Positions 42,763 through 49,247 of a stretch of DNA of 49,247 nt are shown piece after piece. The stretch is taken from assembly GCA_964409535.1 (NCBI GenBank), contig CAYPDQ010000002.1:1-49247 (forward strand), written 5' to 3'. A model generated the notes under the pieces. The model was not told the DNA's origin, did no database searches, and saw only the letters and a list, made by a program, of their open reading frames with translations. Source of the stretch: an uncultured Candidatus Saccharibacteria bacterium. GTDB lineage: Bacteria; Patescibacteriota; Minisyncoccia; UBA6257; 2-01-FULL-56-20. Within the stretch, counting starts at the first letter, position 1; each line of letters begins with the position of its first letter. The translations under genes and the position numbers were made by a program.

Positions 42763-43887
42763 CTACGTTTCTCCCGGCGGCAGAAGAATGATGTTCTCCG
42801 GTTCAAAAACAACCTGGCGCTTGCCTTCTTCCACTATGCCTATATCTAAAAGCTCGTAACCCGCCCGTTTCCCGGCTGCAAGCGCGCGTTCAACCTCGCC
42901 AGCCGGAACGAAAACGTAATAACCTACGCCCCAGTTGAAAGTTTTGAGACAATCGCGGAGAGACACGCCCAATTCCCGCATGTACTGGAAAAGAGGCGGG
43001 ACCTGCGGCCAGGAGTGGATGCGGTAAGTGAAATTACGCTTATCGAACGCCAGTTTGCCGACGCCGTCTCCCGTTCCGGGCAAGAGCGCCGAAATCCGAA
43101 CCCCCTCTTCTTGGAGCGCTTCTATGAGGGCGACGTAGGAGCGGGTGGGGATGAGCGCTTCCTCCCCTAAGGTATTGCCGTTCGGAAGCTTGGTCAGGAA
43201 CTTGTCCGGAAGCTCCATCGCCCGTTTTATGACCAAAGATATGCCGTTCGCGTGGATGCCGGAAGACGCGGCGCCGATTATATGGCAGCCCGGTTTGAGT
43301 TCTTTGCCGGTTACGAGCCGGTCTTTCGGAGCTATGATGCCGGTAACGCAGCCGGAGAGGGAAGGAGCGCTCCGCACCGGTGGCTCCGGTTTCAAAAGAT
43401 ATCTCAACGCCGGGGACTCACCTGCGGGCAAGGCCATTCCCGCCTCTTTGCATATTTTGAAAAATCCCTCCGCCAAATCCCGGCTGCGCTTCGCGTCGCC
43501 GAACCAGCTGCCGTCCCCCACCGCGACCTCGTCGGTGAAAATAACTGGCATCGCTCCCTGGGCAATGACGTCGTTCACCGCCATTAGCGCCGCATCCACG
43601 CCAATATTCTCGTAATACGTCCGCCCGGTTCCGGCGTTCGCATACATCCACTCCGCGATCCAGTTCTTGTTGCCCAAACCCTCCTGGGTGCTGCACCAAA
43701 GGTGCGGCAGGTTGCCGCGGTACTCGAACACCGCTCCGTGCGCGTGAAGCACGTCCTCATTGATGTAGATCCCTCGCTTGTTCGGAAAGGAAAGAGTGCA
43801 CCGCCCCATCTCTATCATCGCCTGCTTGAACGGCTCTAGCTGGGTGTAATCCACTCCGGCTTTGGCGTATTCGCTACTACCATTCAT
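42763..43887 (-). CDS. purM: AIR synthase (PurM) family protein, divergent
   Basis: YAKAGVDY, GVDAALMAVNDVIAQGAMP, GAASSGIHANGISLV. Sits in the pur operon context. Confidence 0.7.
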   Translation of the reverse strand: MNGSSEYAKAGVDYTQLEPFKQAMIEMGRCTLSFPNKRGIYINEDVLHAHGAVFEYRGNLPHLWCSTQEGLGNKNWIAEWMYANAGTGRTYYENIGVDAALMAVNDVIAQGAMPVIFTDEVAVGDGSWFGDAKRSRDLAEGFFKICKEAGMALPAGESPALRYLLKPEPPVRSAPSLSGCVTGIIAPKDRLVTGKELKPGCHIIGAASSGIHANGISLVIKRAMELPDKFLTKLPNGNTLGEEALIPTRSYVALIEALQEEGVRISALLPGTGDGVGKLAFDKRNFTYRIHSWPQVPPLFQYMRELGVSLRDCLKTFNWGVGYYVFVPAGEVERALAAGKRAGYELLDIGIVEEGKRQVVFEPENIILLPPGET

Positions 43888-43891
43888 CGGT

Positions 43892-45265
43892 TCATTTCCC
43901 GGCGAGCTTTTCCGCGAGGCCGGTGTAGTTCTCCGGGGTCAACTTGCGCAACCTCTCTTTCACCTCCGGCGCGACATCCAGGGAATCTATGAAGCTTCGT
44001 ATGTCTTCCAAGTTCACGTCCCGGCCGCGGGTTAGGTCTTTCAGCTTTTCGTAGGGCATCTCCGCGCCGGCTGCGCGCAAAACGGTCTGAATGCCTTCCG
44101 CGATCACTTCCGGATGGGCTGCGAGCGCTTCCCGCATGGCTTTTTCGTTCACGTCGATCTTGCCCAAGCCGCGCAAAAGCGACTTATACGCGACAAGCGA
44201 GTGCGCCAAAGCGGCGCCGAAAGTCCGCTCCACCGTGGAATCCGAGAGGTCGCGCTGCAGCCGAGAAACGGGCAGTTTGCGGGAAAAGAATTCAAAGAGG
44301 GCGTTCGCAACGCCAAGATTCCCCTCAGCGTTCTCAAAGTCAATGGGATTCACTTTGTGCGGCATAGTGGAAGAACCCACCTCGCCTTCTTTGGGCTTCT
44401 GCACTACCCAGCCGTCGCTTATATAGCGCCACAAATCCTCTGCCAAATCCATAAAAACGGAGTTCAGTCGCTTTATGTTGTCAAAAAGTTCGGCATACGT
44501 GTCGTGCGGCTCAATCTGCGTCGTCATTGCATTCAGTGTCAACTTTATGTCCTCCTCGGCATTGAAACCTTCAACGAATTTCCGGCTGAAGCCGATCCAG
44601 TCCGCATCGGGATAGGCCGCAACGTGCGCGTTCCAATTTCCCGTGGCCCCGGAGAATTTCACCGATATGGCATGACTCGCAACCCCTTCCGCCTGCCTCC
44701 GGAAGCGGGCCGTGAAAACCTTCATTTCCTTGCCGAAGGTGGTGGGCGAGGCCGGCTGGCCGTGGGTACGCGCGAGCATCGGCGTCCCCGCGTACTGTTC
44801 CACGAAGGCATCCAATGCCTTGCCGATGTCGCATAAAACGGGAGCGAACACTTCCCGGAGCGCGTCGCGGAGCATCAAGGCGTAAGCGAGATTATTCACA
44901 TCCTCCGAGGTCAGACCGAAGTGCACCCATTCTGTTGCATCCGCAAGAGAGGTTTCCTCCAGTTTATCCTTAAGGAAGTACTCCACCGCTTTGACGTCGT
45001 GATTCGTTTTCACTTCCGTCGCTTTGATCGCTTCCGCGCCGGCGAGGGAGAGATCGGAGGCCAAGCGCCGCAGCGTCTCTTTTTCCGCGTCGCTCAAGTG
45101 CCGGAGGGCGGTGAGACCGCTCCCGGCAAGCGCGATCAAATATTCGCACTCGACCAAAACGCGGTAGCGCATTAGCGCCTGCTCGCTGAAATACTCGGCA
45201 AGCGGCTCGGCATTTTTGCGGTATCTGCCGTCAACCGGGTTTATGGCTTCGAGCGCGTCCATCAC
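43892..45265 (-). CDS. purB: adenylosuccinate lyase
   Basis: INPVDGRY, GLTSEDVNN, the SSTMPHKVNPIDFENAEGN signature loop. 457 aa. Confidence 0.93.
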   Translation of the reverse strand: MMDALEAINPVDGRYRKNAEPLAEYFSEQALMRYRVLVECEYLIALAGSGLTALRHLSDAEKETLRRLASDLSLAGAEAIKATEVKTNHDVKAVEYFLKDKLEETSLADATEWVHFGLTSEDVNNLAYALMLRDALREVFAPVLCDIGKALDAFVEQYAGTPMLARTHGQPASPTTFGKEMKVFTARFRRQAEGVASHAISVKFSGATGNWNAHVAAYPDADWIGFSRKFVEGFNAEEDIKLTLNAMTTQIEPHDTYAELFDNIKRLNSVFMDLAEDLWRYISDGWVVQKPKEGEVGSSTMPHKVNPIDFENAEGNLGVANALFEFFSRKLPVSRLQRDLSDSTVERTFGAALAHSLVAYKSLLRGLGKIDVNEKAMREALAAHPEVIAEGIQTVLRAAGAEMPYEKLKDLTRGRDVNLEDIRSFIDSLDVAPEVKERLRKLTPENYTGLAEKLAGK

Positions 45266-46197
45266 TTCACAAAATACGGAGCGAGATTGCGCCGGAGCCG
45301 CTCCAGAATGGGAGAAGGATCTATCTCGAACTTCCTTCCGGTCAACTGTTCGAATATCCGGATGTAGCGACTGGAGAGTTCCGCCACCATCTCCGGCGGC
45401 GCTTCCGGCAAAGTTTCGTCTTTATAGGGATCGCAGTGCTCTTTGAACCACAGGCGTAAAAATTCTTTGTCGAAATACTCCGGCTCCTCCCCTTTCCCGA
45501 ACCGCTCCCCGTAGCTCCCAAGCTGCCAGTAGCGGGAAGAATCCGGGGTGTGGATCTCGTCTATGAGCGTGAGTTCCCCCTTATCGTCCAGACCGAACTC
45601 ATACTTGGTGTCTACGAGGATCAAGCCCCGTTTTTCCGCCAACTCCTGCCCGCGGCGGAAAAGGGCGAGAGCAGCCCCGGAGACCTTGTCCCACAAATCC
45701 TGAGCTATTATGCCCTCCGCCACGATCTCCTTTGGGGTGATCGGCCGGTCGTGCTCGTCGGACTTGGTGGTGGGGGTGAGTACCGGCTCCACGAGCTTCT
45801 GGTTCTTTTTCATCCCGTCCGGCAGGGTGAAGTTGCCGAAATTCCGCTGGCCTCTGTCATATAAGGTCCAAAGAGAGGTATTGGTGGAGCCGGTAATGTA
45901 GCCGCGGACCACCATTTCCACCGGAATCACCTTGCATTTCTTCGCGACCACCGCATTGGGGTCGGGCACGGCAAGGACGTGGTTGGGCACTATGTCTTTG
46001 GTCGCTTCGAACCAATAGGCGCTCGTCTCTGTGAGCACCTGCCCTTTATAAGGAATGTGCGCGATGATCCGGTCGAAGGAGGAATGGCGGTCGGTGGAGA
46101 TCAGGATCAGGCGGTCCGGCTGAACGTATACATCCCGCACCTTGCCCGTCTTTTTCTCCCCCAATTCCGGAAAGTCGGTTGTTTTAAGAATGTTCAT
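45262..46197 (-). CDS. purC: SAICAR synthetase
   Basis: [42 protein letters not shown]. Confidence 0.93.
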   Translation of the reverse strand: MNILKTTDFPELGEKKTGKVRDVYVQPDRLILISTDRHSSFDRIIAHIPYKGQVLTETSAYWFEATKDIVPNHVLAVPDPNAVVAKKCKVIPVEMVVRGYITGSTNTSLWTLYDRGQRNFGNFTLPDGMKKNQKLVEPVLTPTTKSDEHDRPITPKEIVAEGIIAQDLWDKVSGAALALFRRGQELAEKRGLILVDTKYEFGLDDKGELTLIDEIHTPDSSRYWQLGSYGERFGKGEEPEYFDKEFLRLWFKEHCDPYKDETLPEAPPEMVAELSSRYIRIFEQLTGRKFEIDPSPILERLRRNLAPYFVK

Positions 46198-46712
46198 TTC
46201 TTTTCTTCCAAGTATTTTTTGTAGCCCACTTCTTCCAGTTTCTTGGCTTTGGCTTCCACCGAATGCGCAAGTTCTTTTTTATAAGAATCCAGCTTCGCAG
46301 CAAGCGCCGCGTCGGAGGTCGCGATGATCTGGGCCGCCAGTATCCCGGCGTTCTTCGCGCCGTCAATCGCCACCGTCGCAACCGGTATGCCGGGCGGCAT
46401 CTGCACGGTGGCGTAGAGCGCATCCACCCCGGCAAGCGCCCCGGATTTGACCGGGACGCCCACGACCGGCAAGGTGGTGTGCGCAGCGACCACACCCGCC
46501 AGATGCGCCGCGCCCCCGGCCCCGGCGATCATGACCTTAAGGCCCCGTTCTTTGGCCGACTTGGCGTATTGGAGCGCCCGCTCCGGCGTGCGATGGGCGG
46601 AAATGACGCTCATCTCAAAAGCAACTCCAAGCTGTTCTAAAACCTTCGCCGCTTCCTGCATCACCGGCAAGTCCGAATCCGAACCCATGATTATGCCTAT
46701 TAAGGGATTCAT
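46194..46712 (-). CDS. purE: N5-CAIR mutase PurE
   Basis: [35 protein letters not shown]. Confidence 0.93.
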   Translation of the reverse strand: MNPLIGIIMGSDSDLPVMQEAAKVLEQLGVAFEMSVISAHRTPERALQYAKSAKERGLKVMIAGAGGAAHLAGVVAAHTTLPVVGVPVKSGALAGVDALYATVQMPPGIPVATVAIDGAKNAGILAAQIIATSDAALAAKLDSYKKELAHSVEAKAKKLEEVGYKKYLEEKK

Positions 46713-46748
46713 AATAAATATGCCTGATTATACATCAAAATTCTTTGT

Positions 46749-46775
46749 GGGGCCGAAGGATCTTCCTTCGGCCCC
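46749..46775 (-). terminator. terminator hairpin immediately after the gmk-like stop
   Basis: ggggccgaagga (46749-46760), loop tct, tccttcggcccc (46764-46775): a perfect 12-bp stem. The minus strand continues acaaagaatttt. It separates purN-purD-gmk from purE-purC-purB-purM. Confidence 0.6.
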
Positions 46776-46776
46776 G

Positions 46777-47358
46777 TCATGCAAGAACCCCTACTCCGAG
46801 GAACCGGCGGGCTGCGGCCACGACCCGGCTTGCGGCTGACTCAAACTCGCCGTCCGGATTCCCGACGATGAGATTGGAGTCGGCGTAGAGCCATAGGAAG
46901 CCCTCCGCCGGATCATCTTCCAGGATCGCCTGAATCTCGGCTTCGGTGAGGTGCGGCTGCCGCAACCTGATCCTGCCCTCGCGCTCCGCCCGGGAAGCGT
47001 GGATGAAGACGGTGAAGACGCTGCCGCCCTCTTCCGTCAAGAGTTCCCGCAACTCCCGCGCGCCGCCGGGAGTGATGTCCACGACCGCGAACGGACTCTT
47101 CGCGAGTTCCGCGCGGGTAGTGCCGGAGCGCTGGCTCCGCATCTCCATGGAGAAGACGAGCTCGCCGCACTGGATGAGCGCGTCAAACTCGCTCTCGCTC
47201 ACGAAGTGATACTCCCGCCCGTTCACCTCACCGTTCCGCGGAGAGCGGGTGGTGTGGGGAACAACTCGGCGCAAATCGGGAAACTCCCGCTGGAGACGTT
47301 TGACCGTCTCCTCTTTTCCGGCGCCGCGGGGGCCGGAAACGGTGATCAGTTTGAGCAT
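46777..47358 (-). CDS. gmk: guanylate kinase-like protein
   Basis: ITVSGPRGAGKEE (P-loop), VPHTTRSPRNGEVNGREYHFVSESEF. Confidence 0.7.
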   Translation of the reverse strand: MLKLITVSGPRGAGKEETVKRLQREFPDLRRVVPHTTRSPRNGEVNGREYHFVSESEFDALIQCGELVFSMEMRSQRSGTTRAELAKSPFAVVDITPGGARELRELLTEEGGSVFTVFIHASRAEREGRIRLRQPHLTEAEIQAILEDDPAEGFLWLYADSNLIVGNPDGEFESAASRVVAAARRFLGVGVLA

Positions 47359-47394
47359 CCCAAGCCCCCTCCTTCGGGCTGTGCTTGGTAAAGG

Positions 47395-48663
47395 TTAAAA
47401 AGATTTCGCGCCGATGTCCAGACGATAGTGCCTGCCTTCAAAATGGACCAGGTCCGCGGCTTCGTAGGCCCGGGCGAGGGCTTGTTTCAGATCTTTTCCG
47501 GTCGCGGTCACGCCCAGAACCCGGCCGCCGTTCGTTACTAACTTGCCCCCCGAGACAGCCGTACCCGCGTGGAAAACTTTCACGCCCGGGGTCTTTTCCG
47601 CTTCCGCGATGCCGGTGATCCCTTTTCCTTTTTCATATTTTCCGGGATAACCGGCGGAGGCGAGGACGATGCAAGAAGCCCCTCCCCTCTCCCACTCGAC
47701 CGAAACTTTGTCCAAAGTTCCTTTGGCGCACGCTTCCATTATTTCCAGAACGTCCGTGCGCAAGAGGCGCATATAACTTTGCGTTTCCGGGTCGCCGAAG
47801 CGCGCATTGAATTCCAGAACTTTCGGTCCATCTTCGGTCATCTTGAGCCCGGGATAAATGACGCCTGCGAAGGGCGCGCCTTCTTCGGCGAGGCCGGTGA
47901 GCGCGGGGCGGACGATGCGCTCTTCTATTTCTTTTAGCGTCTCCGGCGAAACCCAAGGCAGCGGGGCGATCGTGCCCATGCCGCCGGTATTCGGACCCTT
48001 GTCGCCGTCAAATATCGGTTTGTGATCCTGCGCCGTCGGGAAAATCTTGTAATTCACGCCGTCGGAGAAAGCGTGGATGGAGACTTCCTGGCCTTCAAGA
48101 AATTCCTCTATTACCACTTCGCTTCCCGCCTCGCCGCAAACCTTATCCACCATTACCGCCTTGAGCGCGGTTTCCGCTTCCGCCAAGGAACCGCAAACGA
48201 AGACGCCTTTGCCCAGCGCGAGGCCGCTTGCTTTTATCACAACCGGCACGGGCTGGGACGTCAGGTACTTCCGGGCCTCTTCGTATTCCTTGAACGAGGC
48301 GAAACGTGCGGTGGGAATGGCATATTTGACCATAAAGTCCTTGGCGAATGTCTTGGAGGCCTCTATCCTCGCGGCGGCTTTGGTCGGCCCAAAAATCAGA
48401 AGCCCGGCCTCCCGGAACTCATTCACGATTCCCAAAGCAAGGGGATCGTCCGGCCCGACCACGGTAAGATCGATCTTATTTTCCAGGGCGAATTTCAAAA
48501 GCGCCGCAATGTCCGTAACTGCGATCGGCACGTTCTCCCCCAACTCGCCCGTTCCGGCGTTGCCCGGGGCAGTATGAAGCTTTTCGCAATGCGGCGACTG
48601 CGCGATCTTCCATGCGAGCGCATGCTCCCTACCGCCACTGCCTACTAAAAGAACTTTAGCCAT
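47395..48663 (-). CDS. purD: phosphoribosylamine--glycine ligase
   Basis: KVLLVGSGGREHALAWK, ATP-grasp core (VIKASGLALGKGV, EEFLEGQEVS, GPNTGGMG), LEFNARFGDPE. Confidence 0.95.
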   Translation of the reverse strand: MAKVLLVGSGGREHALAWKIAQSPHCEKLHTAPGNAGTGELGENVPIAVTDIAALLKFALENKIDLTVVGPDDPLALGIVNEFREAGLLIFGPTKAAARIEASKTFAKDFMVKYAIPTARFASFKEYEEARKYLTSQPVPVVIKASGLALGKGVFVCGSLAEAETALKAVMVDKVCGEAGSEVVIEEFLEGQEVSIHAFSDGVNYKIFPTAQDHKPIFDGDKGPNTGGMGTIAPLPWVSPETLKEIEERIVRPALTGLAEEGAPFAGVIYPGLKMTEDGPKVLEFNARFGDPETQSYMRLLRTDVLEIMEACAKGTLDKVSVEWERGGASCIVLASAGYPGKYEKGKGITGIAEAEKTPGVKVFHAGTAVSGGKLVTNGGRVLGVTATGKDLKQALARAYEAADLVHFEGRHYRLDIGAKSF

Positions 48664-49247
48664 TAGGATTTAGAAAGTTTCTGCAACACATCCACGTATA
48701 GTTGGTTTTCCTTCGCTTTGAGCCGTGCATACAAGGAATCCACGGTATCGTCGGCTTGCACCCTCTCAAACACCCGTCCGAGCACGGGACCGAAATCAAA
48801 TTCCGAGGTGAGGAAGTGAATGGAAGAACCCGCGAAGGTCGCCTTCCGGTTCAACACGTTCTCTATCGCCTTTGTGGTAAGCATTCCCCTGTTCCAGAGG
48901 CCGGGAGTGCCGTCGGGATTCGGGAAGACGGAATCCAAAGTGTCGGGAACGACACCGGGGTGCAAATTGAGGATCCTCCCCGAGAAAGTCGCGACAACCT
49001 CGTCCGGCACGATTTGCTTCCATCCGGCGAGACAAACGTAGTCCGGGTTCAACTTCCGCAAGAGCGGGAGGAGATCCTGTTTCGCCGGGCAGAGATCGAT
49101 CGGCAAATCGTTCTTTCTCGCCCGTTCCAAGCCCAGCGCATCCGTCGTGTCCGAGATGACCGCGACGATCTCCGCCGAAATCGCGCCTTCGCGAACACCG
49201 TCAATTATCGCCTGGAGATTCGTGCCAGTGCCCTTGTCGGAAATCAA
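48663..49247 (-). CDS. purN: phosphoribosylglycinamide formyltransferase (PurN-like), N-terminus beyond the right edge
   Basis: GTNLQAIID, CLAGWKQIVP, ILNLHPG, SSIHFLTSEFDFGPV. The stop overlaps the purD start (TAATG). Confidence 0.8.
   Translation of the reverse strand: MISDKGTGTNLQAIIDGVREGAISAEIVAVISDTTDALGLERARKNDLPIDLCPAKQDLLPLLRKLNPDYVCLAGWKQIVPDEVVATFSGRILNLHPGVVPDTLDSVFPNPDGTPGLWNRGMLTTKAIENVLNRKATFAGSSIHFLTSEFDFGPVLGRVFERVQADDTVDSLYARLKAKENQLYVDVLQKLSKS

Noticed and set aside
1-49247. Looked for CRISPR arrays, rRNA genes, transposases/IS elements, integrases and reverse transcriptase/DGR components.
   Set aside because: I saw no regularly spaced direct repeats and no rRNA-like stretches. 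None of the ORF translations shows DDE/HUH transposase, tyrosine or serine recombinase, or RT (YxDD) motifs.

Overview
This is a 49.2-kb chromosomal window from a compact, gene-dense bacterium. Many genes overlap by 1-35 nt, and GC is roughly 55-63% by eye. The gene content looks CPR/Patescibacteria-like (a guess from a DUF5667 secreted protein, a pilin fragment and many small orphan proteins). Core blocks: the hrcA-grpE-dnaK-(membrane protein)-dnaJ heat-shock operon with a CIRCE operator; cysS, dnaB, recR, ychF; tsaC; msrA; one tRNA-Gln(UUG); typA; a CBS-less IMPDH/GMPR-family gene; and a purine de novo cluster (purH, then purM-purB-purC-purE | gmk-purD-purN on the other strand). Between these lie accessory blocks: four adjacent nucleotide hydrolases (NUDIX, HAM1-like, HD, CYTH), a detox/resistance-like run (MFS, SDR, peptidase-S51::APH fusion, MBL, NUDIX, APH-like kinase, VOC), a HEPN-motif orphan, gene remnants and a nonsense-interrupted class II aldolase. 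No rRNA, CRISPR array, transposase, integrase or reverse transcriptase was recognised. Four observations stand out. (1) A sharply AT-rich two-gene cassette (13448-15030) pairs a PD-(D/E)xK restriction-endonuclease-like protein with an HhH-GPD glycosylase-like protein, has no methyltransferase, and is spliced onto the head of a native operon. It is a candidate base-excision/nuclease defence module. (2) A 267-nt, stop-free, in-frame insertion with long terminal inverted repeats splits the conserved NRQGxD/GxQYRS core of msrA. Smaller strong palindromes sit inside cysS, ychF and a CofE-like gene. (3) At least 13 genes have a -10 hexamer 5-8 nt (mostly exactly 6 nt) upstream of the start codon, which implies widespread leaderless mRNAs and lets several start codons be refined. 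(4) A class II aldolase carries an in-frame TAA, with 47 further homologous codons and a terminator hairpin placed after that extension. All functional calls come from motif recognition by eye; no database search was run.
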